The notes under the pieces were generated by a model, which had not been told where the DNA came from, did no database searches, and worked only from the letters and a program-made list of their open reading frames with translations. Shown piece after piece: positions 24,153 through 37,216 of a stretch of DNA of 64,000 nucleotides. The position numbers were made by a program, and so were the translations under genes. The first letter of the stretch is position 1. Each line of letters starts with the position of its first letter. Source of the stretch: the human T2T-CHM13v2.0 reference genome, Homo sapiens; the NCBI RefSeq assembly GCF_009914755.1, contig NC_060925.1; one strand, 5' to 3'.

Positions 24153-25120
24153 ATGAGAAGAAACCAGTGCAAGAATTCTGTCTCAAAGGAAAACCTGAAT
24201 GTAGTGACACCAAAGGATCACACTAGCTCTCCAGAAATGGTCCCTAACCGAAATGAAAACTTGGAAATGACAGATAAGGAATTCAAACCATGGATTGCAA
24301 GGAATCTCATTGAGATCCAAAATAAGGTTAAAAATCAACACAAATAAACTTCTAAATCAATCCAGGAAATATAGAAAGGGTAAAAATCTTAAAAAGAAAT
24401 AAATCAGAGCTTCTGGAATTGAAAGACTCAAAGAAATTTCAAAATACAGTTGAAAGCTTCATCACTAGACTGCATACAGCAGAAGAAAGAATTTTGGAAC
24501 TTGAAAACCAGTCTTTTGAACTAACCTAGTCAGACAGAAAAGAAAAATGAATTAAGGAAAATGAACAAAGTCTTTGAAAAGTATGGGATTATGTAAACCA
24601 ATCAAACCCACAAATAACTGGCATTCCTGAGAAAGAAAGAGAAAAAGTAAACAACCTAGAAAACATATGTGAGGAGATAATTCAAGAAAATTTCCCTAAT
24701 CTTCCTAAAGCGGTAAACATCCAGATAGAAGAAATCCAGAGAACACCTGCAAGATGCTTTACAAAATGATCAAGGCATATAGTCACCAGACTGCCCAAGA
24801 TCCATAGTGAAGAAAAAAATCTTAAAACAGCTAGAGGGAAAAGGCCATATAATGTGCAATGGAAATCCAACAGGCTAACAGTAGACTTCTCATCAGAAAC
24901 CAAGAGACATCAGGGGCCTATTTTTAGCATTCTTAAAGAAAACATCTTCCAACCAATAATTTTATATCCTATCAAACTAAGCTTTATAAGAGAAGGACAA
25001 ATAAATTTTTTCTAGACAAGCAAGAACTAAGAAAATTAGTTACCACTAGACCAGCCTTACAAGAGATCCTAAAAGGAGTTCTAAAGATGAAAATGAAAGA
25101 TCAATACCTGCTACCACATA
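24153..25120 (+). pseudogene. L1 ORF1p remnant (disrupted)
   Basis: MRRNQCKNS...KDHTSSP...EMTDKEFK N-terminus; stops and frameshifts downstream. Confidence 0.8.
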
Positions 25121-25204
25121 CAACAACATACTTAAGTACATAGCACACAGACCCAATAAAGCAATCACACTATTGAAACTACAAAGAAATCAGTTAACAA
25201 CTTC

Positions 25205-28200
25205 ATGATAGAATTAAAATCTCAAATATCAATATTAATCTTGAAGGTAAATGGTCTAAACACCCCACTTAAAAGGCACAGGGTTGCAAGTTAGATAAAA
25301 AATAAATAAATAAATAACACCCATCCATCTGCCACCTTCAAGAAACCCATCTCACACATAACAACACCCATAGGTTCAAAGTAAAAGGTTAGAGAAAGAT
25401 CCCTCATGCAAATAAAAAAACAGAAAAGAACAGAGGTCACTATTTTTATATCAAATAAAACAAACTTTAAGCCAACAACACTAAAAAAGGACAAAGAAGA
25501 TATTACACAATGATAAAGACTTCAATGAAACAAGAAGACTTAACCATCCCAAATATATTAATATATGGACCCAACATTGGAGCACCCAGATTCATAAAAC
25601 AACTATGTCTAGAACTAAGAAAAGACTTAGATACACACACAACGAATATTGGAGTACTTCAACACCCCATTGGCAGCATTAGACAGATCATTGAGGCAGA
25701 AAACTAACAAAGAAATTCTAGGCTTGAATTCAACACTTGACCAATTGGACCTAACAGATATCTACAGGATACTACACCCATTAACCATAGAATATACATT
25801 CTTCTCATCTGCACACAGAACATATTTCAAGAGCAACCACAAACTTGGCCATAAAGCAAGACTCAATAAATTTGTAAAAATAGAAATCATACTAACCATA
25901 CTCTCAGACCACAGTGGAATAAAAATAAAAATCGATACCAAGAAGATCTCCCCAAACCACATAATTGCATGGAAATTAAACAACTTACTCTTTAATGACT
26001 TTTGGGTAAACAACAAAATTTAAAAAGAAATTAAACAATTTCCAAACATAAATGAAAACAGAGACACAACATGCCAAAATCTCTGGGATGCAGCGAAAGC
26101 AGTATTAAGAGGAAAGTTTATAGCTCTTAAACACCTATCTCAAAAGGTTAGAAAGATCTCAAATCAGCAATCTGATATCACATGCCTAGAGGAACTAGAA
26201 AAACAAGAACTAACCCCAAAGCTAGCAGACAGAAAGAACTAACTAAAATCAGAATTGAATGAAATTGAGACCCAAAAATCCATACAAAGAATAATGAAAC
26301 AAAAAATTGCTTCATTGAAAGGATAAACAAGATTAATAGACTGATAGCTAAATTAACAAAAAAAAGAGGAAGATCCAAATAAGCACAATTAGAAATGACA
26401 AAGAAGACATTCCAATAGATCCCACAGAAATACAAAAGATATTCAGAGACTATTATGAACACCTCTGTACACACAAATTGGAAAATCTAGAGGAAATGGA
26501 TAAATTACTGGAAGCACATAACGTCCCAAGATTGAATCAGGAAGAAATCAAAACCCTGAACAGATGAATATTGAGTTCCAAAATTGAAGCAGTAATAACT
26601 TACCAACCAAAAAAAGCCCAGGACTAGACAAATTCACAGACAAATACTACCAAACATGCAAGGAAAAGCTGGTATAGATTCTACTGAAACTATTCCAGTA
26701 AGGAAGAGAGACTCTTCCCTAACTTATTCTATGAAGCCAATATCACCCTGATACCGAAACCAGGCTAAAGATAGAATGAAAAACGAAAACTACAGGCCAG
26801 TATCCCTGATGAACATAAATGCAAAAATCCTCAACAAAATACTAGCAAACTGGATCCAGCAGCACATTAAAAAGTTAATTTACCACAATAAAATCGGCTT
26901 TATTCCCAGGATTTAAAGTTGGTTCAAAATACATGAATCAATAAATGTGATTTACCACATAAACAAAATTAAAGACAAAAATCATATGATCATCTCAATT
27001 GATGCAGAGAAAGCCTTTGATAAAATCCAGCATCCCTTCATGTTAAAATCCTTTAACAACCTAGGCATCAAAGGAACATACCTCAAAATAATAAGAGCCA
27101 TCTATGACAAATCCATAGCCAACATCATATTGAACAGGAAAAATGTGGAAGCATTTCCCTTGAGAACTGAAAAAAGGGAAGAATGCTTACTCTCACCACT
27201 TCTATTCAACACAGTACTGGAAGTTCTAGCAAGAGCAATCAGTCAAAAGAAAGAAATAAAAGGCATCCAAACAGGAAAAGAAGAAGTCAAACTATCTCTC
27301 TTCACTGCCAATATGATTCTATACCTGCATAACCCTAAGGACTCCATGAAAAGGCTTCTGGAACTGATAAATGACTTCAGCAAAGTTTCGGGATACAAAA
27401 TCAATGTACAAAAATCAGTAGCATTTCTGTACACCAAAAACGTTCAATCTGAGAGCCAAATCAAGAACACAATTCCATTTACAATAGTCATGAAAAATAC
27501 CTAGGAATATATCTAACCAAGGAGGGGAAAGTTCTCTCTGAGGAGAACTACGAAACAGTGCTGAAAGAAATTAGAGGTGACACAAACAAATGGAAAAACA
27601 TTCCATGCTCATGGATTGGAAGAATCAATATCATTAAAATGGCCATACTGCTCAAAACAACCTATAGATTAAACACTATTATTATCAATCTATCAATATA
27701 ATTTTTCATAGAGCTAGGAAAACCTATTCTAAAATTCATATGGAATCAATAAAGAGACCAAATAGCCAAAGCAATCCTAAGCAAAAAAAACCAAAGCCAG
27801 AGGAATCTCATTACCTTGACTACAAACTATATTACAAGACTACAGTAACCAAAAGAGCATGCTACTGGTACAAAAACAGATACCTAGACCAATGGAAGAG
27901 AATAGAGAACCCAGAAATAAAGCCACACACCTACCGCCATCTGATCTTTCACAAAGTTGACAAAAATAAGCAATGGGAAAAAGACTCCCTATTCAATAAA
28001 TGGTGCTGTGATAGCTGGCTAGCCATATGCAGAAGAATGAAAGTGGGCCCCTACATTTCACCATAAGCAAAAATTAACTTGAGATAGATTAAAGACTTAA
28101 GTGTAAAAGAATCCTAGAAGAAAACCTAGGAAAAACCATTCTGGACATTGGCCTTGGGAAAGAAAGAATTTTTAACTATGTCCTCGAAAGCAATTGCAAC

Positions 28201-28995
28201 TAAAACAAAAACTGACAAGTGAGACCTAATTAAACTCAAGAGCTTCTACACAGCAAAAGAAACTATCAACAGAGTAAACAGACAACCTACTAAATGGAAA
28301 AAAAATTAACAAACTATGAATCAAACAAAGATCTAACATCCAGAAGCCATTAGGAACTTACATTAACAAGCAAAAAACAAACAATCCCTCCAAAATGGGC
28401 AAAGGACATAAACAGACACTTCCCAAAAGAAGACTACAAGAAGCCAACAAACATATGAATAAATGCTCCACATCATCATTAATCGTCAGAGAAATTTAAA
28501 TCAAAATCACAATGAGATACCATTTCACACCAGTCAGAATGGCTATTAATAGAAAGTCAAAAAACAACAGATGCTGGTGAGGCTATGGAGAAAAGAGAAC
28601 ATTTAGACATTGTTGGTAGAATGTAAATGAGGTCAGCCACTGTGGAAAACAGTTGAGAGATTTCTCAAATAACTTAGAACTGCCATTCGACCCAGTATTA
28701 CTGGGTATATATATTTAAAAAAAATAAGTTCTACCAAAAAGACACACACACTCATATGTTCATTGAAGCACTATTCACAGTAGCAAAGACATAGAATCAA
28801 CCTAGGTGTCCATCAACAGTGGATTTTATAAAGAAAATGTGGTACATATACATCATGTAATACTATGTAAGCATAAAAAAGAACAAAATCACATCCTTTG
28901 CAGCAACATGAGTGCAGCTGGACATCATTATTCTAAGTGAATTAATGCGAGAACAAAAAAACAAATATCACATGTTCTCACTTACAAGTGGGAGC
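25205..28995 (+). pseudogene. L1 ORF2p remnant (EN/RT), disrupted
   Basis: Fragments FNTPL...YTFFSSAH...[33 protein letters not shown]; catalytic FADD reads FTAN at 27301-27312. Confidence 0.9.
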
Positions 28996-29388
28996 TAACT
29001 ATTAGGTACTCATGGGCATAAAATGGCAACAATAGACATTGGGAACTGCTAAAAGGGGAAGGATGGGAGGGGGTAAGGGTTGACAAACTACTGGGTAGTA
29101 TGCTCACTACCTGGCTGACAGAATCATTTATACTCCAAACCTCAGCAACATGCAATATACCCATGCAACAAACCTACACATGTACCTGCTGAATCTAAAA
29201 TAAAAGTTGAAATTATAAAAAAATTATTGAAATGATTAAGGTAAATAAACAGAATTAGAAAAGAGATTGGGCATTTTACATGTCTCATTCTATCTCCCTA
29301 TACTTATATGAGCTGGCCTAGATGTATATGAAACATCTTCAGTCCCCTGGATACACATAAGCTAGGGATTTCAATTATCCAGTTAAAT

Positions 29389-29390
<2 letters not shown>

Positions 29391-29426
<36 letters not shown>

Positions 29427-29430
29427 ACAC
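29391..29430. repeat. (CA)n microsatellite
   Basis: Direct read. Confidence 0.95.
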
Positions 29431-29759
29431 CTGGTTCAGATGTTTAGAATCATTAGGAGAAGGAAGCATCATTGGAGATTAACCTCTAATTTCTACAGCA
29501 GGCAGAGAATATTGTTACAGCTGTAACCCTATGGATAGGACTATGAAAAAAACTTGAGAACCCAACTCAGGAATTATGCATATTCTAATACAGTTGAGCC
29601 TGAGATCCTGGAACACGTTATGTTTTTATTAAGAATTTGGGTAGGATACCTGACTAAACCTTTCTTTTCTGATGTCTGAAGCATGTAAGAATGAGAACAA
29701 CATTCAAAATTCAATTAAAATCAAAACAAGCCTTAGTCATCAAATCAAAAAGGGTTAAT

Positions 29760-32700
29760 AATGATCACACTGGGGAAGACTAAGTGAAAAACTGTCAAAC
29801 TCTCTCCCACTCCAGCCAATAAAGTAAATAAAAGATATCACATCTCAGGTGGGATGACAGAGATCAGAGCTACCATTGGAGATGCAAATTAGGTGAGGAC
29901 AGCAGTCTGTCTTACTTTTATTTATTTCACCAGTCTATTTCCTACAGAAATCAGATGGCCCTCGGAGAACGAACTATTTCCAGCTCAACCAAGTAGTAGA
30001 AGCTCCAATCATAGCTGCCATGCCAAACATAGTTATCATTATTAAAACAGATTTACAAAGCTCCAGGTATTTGATATGAGCCCATTAATTTGGTAAATGT
30101 GTTCTTTTCTATTCCAAATGGAAGAGAGACTGTAAAATGGTGCGCATTCACATGGAACAGATGATAATATTCACTTACAGCTTTGCTCCAAGGCTATGCT
30201 AAATCTACTGTCCTTTTTCATAATAAAATCTTAAGAAATCTGGGCCATCTGGACATCCTGCACAATATCACCTTGATCCCTTATATCAATGACATCCAGT
30301 TGACTGGACAGAATGAGCAAGAGGCGCTAGGCCTCAATAAATTATATGTCGTCCAGAAGGTAGAAAAGAAACCCTATGACGATTGAGGAAATTATCACTT
30401 CAGTAAAGTTTTTAGGGATCTAGTAGTCAGAGCTATACCAGGACATCACCTCCAAAGTGAAAGACAAACAGCTACATTCTACATTCCCTATACAAAGAAG
30501 GAAGCCTAATGGCTCATGGATCTCTTCAGACTTTGGAGGTAACATATTTCACTGGAGGAATAAAGTAATACTCCAGCTCCTAAACAAGTTAACATAGAAG
30601 GGTGATCATTTTAGGTGGAACCAGGCTGCAGTGCATACAATCTGGGAGATATTGAAACACACAACCTGGAAGATCCAACATTGGGAAAAGATGCAATGTG
30701 AGGATTATGGCAAGCACCAGTGACAGAAACACAATGTGTCTCTGGAGCAAGGTGCAGCCATCTACAGTGGAGAATTAAATGTTTTTTGAGAAACAGTTTC
30801 TGCATATTTCTAATCACTGGCAGAAACAGAATATGTGACCAGGAGGCACTAAATAACCAAGCATGTTGAACTTCTCATTGGAAGGTGGATTTTGTTGGAC
30901 CCAAATAGTCATCAAATTGGGTGAACTGAACGTTGTAAGATGGAAGTGTTGCATCTGCAACCCAGCCCAACCACAGCCAGAGGGCACTAGTAAACTGCAC
31001 AAGCTCTTAGTCCAGTCACCAGTCAGCCATGTCACATACCAAAGGTGCACCAGCACCCCTCCCTCAGCTCACACCTAAGGCCATATGGGAGTTTCATAAG
31101 ACCAGCTGAAAAAGAAGGAAGAAGGAGTCAGGCTCTGTTGACATATCAATTGGCCAGACACATGAGGCAAAGCCAAAAATATATGATGATTTCATTCCAG
31201 CCACACTTACAGGTGGCCTTGAATGAGAGTGAAGAGAGAAAATTTTACCAGTAGGTAGACCAGAAAGTGGTGTATCTGTTCATTCAAGTGGCGTGGAAGG
31301 GAAAGTGGGCCAATGCTAGTATATATGGAGGTTCTGGGCACTGTCCAGTAGCCTAACAGAGACACAGAAGGAAGAACTGGAAGATCTGGTAGTTGCATAC
31401 AGAAGTGAAAACAAAGTGTGAAAATCTTTGTGTCACATCTTAATGCCCACCAGAAAGCATACACCAGGGAAGAGGTACTAAATAACTGAGAAGATAACTC
31501 ATCCAGTTAATATTAGCCAGCGATCATCACTGGCAACCACAGAACAAGGGGTAAATGAAAGTAATAGTCATGGTGTAGTCATGGTGTAGTCATGGTGAAA
31601 GACTTGGAGGTGATGCATGGGCTCAGTAGTATGGACTTCCACTTCCTAAGACTAATCTAACTGCTGCCATCTCTGAACGTCCAACCTGCCAACCATACAG
31701 ACCAACACTGCATTCCCAGTATGATGATATTACTTGAGAAAATCAACTGGCCTGTTGGTGGTTAGTGACTGCATTGGTCCTCTTCCATTTTGGGAGGGCC
31801 AGGGGTTATTACTCGTAGAAACAGATGCCTCTACTGGCTATGGTATTGCCCTTTTTGCTCACAAAGCCAGAGCCGGCACTATCTTGGGGATCTGGGGTTT
31901 TACAGAGTCCATGATTCCCAGCCATGGAATCCCACACAACATAGTGTCTGACAGGGAACTCACTGCACAGTGAAGGAGGTATCAGAGTAGACTCATGATC
32001 CTGGTTTCCACTGGTCAAATTATTTACTGCACCATCTAGAAGCAGTCAGACTCATGTAGCACTGGAACTGTCTGTTGAAAATGTGACTGAAGTGCTAGCT
32101 TAGAAGCAATACTTTGTAGGGATTACATTCCAGGATGCACTATATACACCTAATTAAAGAATCTCAATATGGTGCTGTTTTCAATAAGAAGAATATGTGA
32201 CTCAGAGCACCAAAGAGTAGAAGCTCAAGTGGCCTCAATTAACATCCCTACTAAAGACCCACTGATGCACTTTGTGCTTCACATACATATAACTCTATGT
32301 TAGAATTTCTGGTCTTCAAAGGAGCCCACTCTTGCTAAGGTACACACCATGGGTCTCATTTAACTATAAAGCATGACTGCCCCTGAGCACTTTGGACTCA
32401 TTTTGTCCAGGGACAAGCAGGCAGAAAGAGGAATTACCATCATGGTAGGGTGTTTGATTTTGATAATCAGAATATAGTGCTTCTTTCACTCCACAGGTAG
32501 AGTGAGGGATACAGGTGGAACCAAAGTGATTCATTGGATTCGCTTAGGATGATCCACTCCCTGCCTATTTAGAACTATGGAAAGTGCAACATCCCTGGCC
32601 TAAGAAACATTATTATTACATGGCATTCAAACCCCTCAGGAATAAGGCTTGGATTATACCATCAACTAAGCCACCAAGACCCATGGACATCAGCCTGATG

Positions 32701-32916
32701 GCTGAAGTTGGAGAGAAGTTAGGACAGATAGTGGACAAAGGAGGTGGTAAGTACAAATCTCAGCCCTGAGACTAACTACAGTGATGAGGGTTGCATTTTC
32801 TTATACTCGCCTCTCTCCTAGATCTCCCCTCAGGAGGAGAGGCCTACAAGAACCATGGAGGAGCTCCTTTCTGAACTCAGCTATAGATAGGATACTGTAC
32901 AGTGGAAATGGTATAC
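29760..32916 (+). mobile_element. ERVL internal region (ERV3-16A3-like) with decayed RT, RNase H, integrase and dUTPase
   Basis: LQGY...LGHLDILHNITLIPYINDI (RT, YIDD read as YIND at 30282); VKIFVSHLNAHQKA (RNase H, ~31418); DCIGPLP...GYGIA...HGIPHNIVSD (integrase); PEHFGLIL...GITIMVG (dUTPase-like, ~32382-32470). Confidence 0.85.
31565..31597. repeat. Perfect 11-bp tandem x3 (TAGTCATGGTG)
   Basis: Direct read. Confidence 0.95.
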
Positions 32917-33391
32917 TGAGGCAGCCATAGGTAAGCCACTCAGATCTCCCTTCAAGAGAGAAGCTGCCGGAAGGAGGATAGCTAGTTAGTTCCCCAACTG
33001 TAGCTGCTGTGCCTTAGGGATCCATCGCAGGATCCACTCCAGGGCCCCACTCTCACTAGGCTGCTTGCAGAAAATGCCCGAGCACAGTAGAAGGTGAGGG
33101 GAGTACTGGAGCCTGACCACTTCTACCCCTCCATGGGATTCTTCTAACAAATTTTGCTCTGGAGCTCTTCATAGGCCTGGCCAAGACATTCCTTCTAGAG
33201 GTATACTACAGTTTAAGGATCCTCCTATTCCATCCTCCTTTCTTTCCTCCCACTCTTCACAAGAACTAGGTTTGCATGAAGCTCTGAGGCTCTCCCCTGC
33301 TACTCGACTTCCTCTCCCCTTTATCCTTCATAAACATTTCCCCCAGTAAATCTCTTGCACTTCTATCTTGACATCGGCTTCGACAAGTACA
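32917..33391 (+). mobile_element. LTR16B-like ERVL 3' LTR
   Basis: GCCACTCAGATCTCCCTTCAAGAGA...TTTGCTCTGGAGCTC...TCTGAGGCTCTCCC...CAGTAAATCTCTTGCAC. Confidence 0.75.
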
Positions 33392-33439
33392 ATCAACTTT
33401 TTCTATTTCTCAATTCTGGGTCTTGGATACACTGTTTTG

Positions 33440-33782
33440 TCTAAACAGCTATTCTCCCTTTACCTGGCTGGCTTTGACTTTGACCACAGACAACAGATAC
33501 CGCTTCAGGCATCACTTCTTCCAATAAATCTTTCCTGACCTCCCCACCATCCCCAAATCTATGTTGGATGTTCCTGCTAGAGATTCCTTAGTACCATTTA
33601 CATGCCTGTCTAGCCCTCATCCCTCTGATTTTTAATTTCTTTTTATCTGTCTATATCCCTCCCCAAACTATAAATGTCATGATGAAAATACCTGTATTCT
33701 TTCATCATACCTAGTATCTACCACAATGCTTTACAATACTTGATTTTTTAAGGACTCAATAAATGCTTGTTGAATGAATAAC
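33440..33782 (+). mobile_element. L2 3' end
   Basis: Ends ACTCAATAAATGCTTGTTGAATGAATA. Confidence 0.8.
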
Positions 33783-33877
33783 AACACAAAGCAAGAGAAT
33801 AAAAACCATGGAAACCAACCAAGAGTGGACCCAGAGATAAAGAACAAAAGTGAAACTTAGAATTCCACTGACTTAAA

Positions 33878-33910
33878 CACACACACACACACACAGACAC
33901 ACACACACAC
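33878..33910. repeat. (CA)n microsatellite
   Basis: Direct read. Confidence 0.9.
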
Positions 33911-35606
33911 TCTTTAGACACTTTTAAAAGGCACCCTAGAGCTTCAGAAATGAGCAAAGTGAGAGTTATTAAGGGCATTGACCTACTCAGACACAGATCT
34001 TCAGAATATTGGTGTTTAGCCATGACATTCCTTTCATTGGCAACATAGTCCGTTCTTGCTGAGGATGAGACTGTCACCGCACACTGAAAGTAACCCAAGC
34101 CACATGATGCCACCAGATATAACTCCCTAGAGTCACCAGCTTTATTTTGGTCAGTGATAAGAACCACTCTACCTATGAGCAGTTTATGGCACTAACTCAA
34201 ATGCACAAAGATTTACACCAGCCACCTGAGAACAGCATAGAAGGTTTCTCTCGGAAGTTGTTCCTCTAGACTTCTTCTCATTTATCCATCCAATTTGCTC
34301 TTGTATTCGTTCCTGTCAACCTGACCCCAGATTCTAAGCTTTATATCCCACATTCAATACTTGCTTCTAATACTATTGGAATTAACGACTCTCTGACTTC
34401 GCTTCTTTTCTGCACAGGTTATGTATTCTTCTATGGTCTGGGGCTTTTTGTGTTCCAGCTATTTCTGTGTCCATCTTTATTTTGAATAAAGACTCTCTAC
34501 TCTTGCCCAAAGGAAACACAAAAAAAATCCTCATAATTATAGAGACCATTTCATGGGGGTGGGGGGCGGTAAAAAAATCATTGTAATAATATTTATTTTA
34601 AAAGTTTATCATCTAGAAGCCACAGGAATTGCATTCCTTTTTCTGAGTTATAAAGAATTACATGCATGAGTACACAGTAAGTTCTGCTAAGTCAACAATG
34701 GTTTGAAGATAGTTATTATAAAGCCATCAGAAACTGATGTCACTTCAATTGGACACCAAAATTTGACATGCCTGGTAATGTAGCCCATACGGTAGATTTG
34801 GGTCTTAATGTATCACTTTCAAAAAACCTTAAATTCTCAGGGGAACATGTGTTAAAAAGAGAAAGATTACCTGAATCTATGTAGATTTTCCAGGATACTA
34901 CACAGCCTATGGAGCCGAGTAGGAAGCAGAAGCACTTCTTAGGTGCAGCTGTAGCACCTCAACGTGGAGGGTGAAGTCTGGAAAAGGATATCTAAGTAGA
35001 GCTTTCAGGCACATGCAATCTTAAGGAGGTGGGCAAGGCAACAGTATCTGAGGCGGAGATGGAAAACCAGGGATCCGAAGGAAAGGAATAGCAGGTTTAT
35101 AAAAGGACAAGTAAAAGGAAGACCAGGAAAATATTAGAGACAGTAAATTACAGCCCACAGCCCAATCCAGATGTCAATTTATGGTATTGCAGTAGCCACT
35201 GCATAAAGAGGTTAGTGAACTACATTTAACATGTGTGCATTTCATTTTATTTAATGATTAAGCTCTTTAATTCTTTGTGTCTATGAAAAGTCACAGTCAG
35301 AAAATCCAGATAGACTATATTAATCAGAGCACATAATTCTAGTGGTAGACATGCTTATTCCCAAAGCCTGGATATATTCCTAGAGCTTTTGCAGTGCCTT
35401 GTTGTCTTGAGGTAAGAAATATGGTTGGCTCAGCAGCATTTGTTAATTTATGTAAGAAGGAAAATGAATCACATATAAACATATGGAAATATCCAAATGC
35501 CAATTTTTTTTTAGGTTAGTTCTTTGCGTCCTCATTTTCCTTTTAGCCTGGGGTTTACATTATCAACTTTTAACATTAAACAGACTCCTTGCTCTTAGTT
35601 TTCAAA

Positions 35607-35628
35607 TGCGTGTATGTATGTGTGTGTA

Positions 35629-35671
<43 letters not shown>

Positions 35672-35679
35672 ATATATAT
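35607..35679. repeat. Compound (TG)n/(TA)n microsatellite
   Basis: Direct read. Confidence 0.9.
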
Positions 35680-37200
35680 TTCAGACTAAGTAAAATTAGT
35701 GTTTTCTTTGGACAGAAAACTGACAAAGAATGGGAAATCCTTACTTTAGAATATTGCAGTTAAGGGTCATGAACATTTAAGCAGGAGTTACTGCCATCCA
35801 GAGGCAGAAAGCCATGAACTGCCATATCCTATTACAGTTTTACTATAAAGGAAGTAAGCCAAGAAAAATGTGTAGGTTGTTGCAGTTTTGCTCATTAAAT
35901 CATCAAAGAATGGAAAACTAATACCTAGATTCAAGTGTCACTGGGTTTGTGCTCCTACTGTCATCATGAATGACGGAATATATTTAGCATTCTTCAAAGC
36001 TTTCATCGTGAAGGAGAATGCAGCTTTCTGTGATCTAAGGCTAACCATTTCCATAGACTCTCCAAGCACAACAGTGTAAAACATCTTGAAAATAAACTCT
36101 TGTATATTTCTTTGAAAATATTGTTTTGAAGCCACGTGGTACCTCAATGGAGACACTGAAATTAATATTTCTAGTGGCTGATGAAGGCAGCCTATTATCC
36201 TTCAGCACAGGTAAAATATCATATTTCCTGGCTATGAATTTTCTGTTAGGACACAAGGATATCCATCATATAAATAGTGCTCAGCAACTACGTGTAGTTT
36301 TCAACAAAATATACACAGTAATTAATTTTAGCAGCATTATCCTGAAAGAGTTTGTGAAAGTAAAAAGAGTTTGTAAAAGAGTTTGCATAGCTGAAAAGTG
36401 TGCTGGAATTATACTGAGGGACCTGCTTACTATACAGGCTCAAACTTAGAGAAAATGATATGTTGTTCTTCTAACACTCTATCACTTGACATTGCGTTTT
36501 GACTGTTTAACAGTCTGTGTCTACAGCAATTCCAAAGGCCAAATTTCCCCTGGAAATAAATAAATACACAAATACATTAATTCTAGAGTCTTTCTGCTTA
36601 TTTACATTTTTGTGGTAATCCAAATTCAAACCCTCCATCAATTTGAGTTTTCAACAACAGGAAAAAGTAATGACTCCAAACAGGCATTTTACATACCCTT
36701 GACAGATACAAGGGTAACTGTTTTGAATACTTTTTAAATTTTGAATACATGTACACAGACACTTACACACACATAATCACATACACACAGACAATGTGAA
36801 TGATAAATTCAGTAAAAATATAGTCTGTCTGTTGATCAGTCCTGCTTCAATATTCTAACCAGCTTCTGCCTACCCAAAGGATTTAAGGGTGGAAACCTTT
36901 TGAGTAAAATAAAATAACTCATAATGGGATGAGAAAATATTATTAACTATTTTCACGCTGCCAAAAGTATTTATTGTGCATGTTAGAATATTTTTTGGAA
37001 ACCTGTGCTCGAAGCTGCTAAAGGGGATATGGGTAAAACTTCACCCATTAATAGTATAAATAATTTTAACTTTAAGGAAAAAAAGCACCAAAGCAAGAAA
37101 GCCTACATTTCTGTAGTGCTATGATCCCTGTCTTAAAATCCTTTTCCACTTTTTGTTTGTCAGTATCTTTCCGTTAGACTTCTTGCATGTACAGGGTTCT

Positions 37201-37216
37201 CAGCGCCCTCTACTGG
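37201..37216 (-). promoter_or_regulatory. CTCF core motif
   Basis: Minus strand CCAGTAGAGGGCGCTG fits CCASYAGRKGGCRS; retained CpG in AT-rich non-repeat DNA. Confidence 0.7.

Larger units (their letters stand above)
21652..29252 (+). mobile_element. Full-length, dead L1PA15-like LINE-1 (5'UTR, ORF1, ORF2, 3'UTR) with two secondary insertions
   Basis: 5' YY1 motif CAAGATGGC (21666-21674); ORF1/ORF2 remnants; 3' end CTGAATCTAAAATAAAAGTTGAAA; 17-bp TSD AATTAGAAGAGAAATTG (21635-21651) / AATTAGAAAAGAGATTG (29253-29269), 15/17. Confidence 0.9.

Noticed and set aside
26947-27504. 185-aa RT-like ORF as a functional gene
   Set aside because: Fragment of dead L1 ORF2; FADD mutated to FTAN and flanked by stops and frameshifts
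30183-31973. ERVL pol ORFs as a domesticated gene
   Set aside because: Short, frameshifted pieces; YIDD degenerate; no long open frame
36345-36385. AAAGAGTTTG x3
   Set aside because: Irregular spacing; simple local slippage
35938-36449. Overlapping ORFs as coding exons
   Set aside because: The candidate exon has stops in all frames and no recognisable protein similarity
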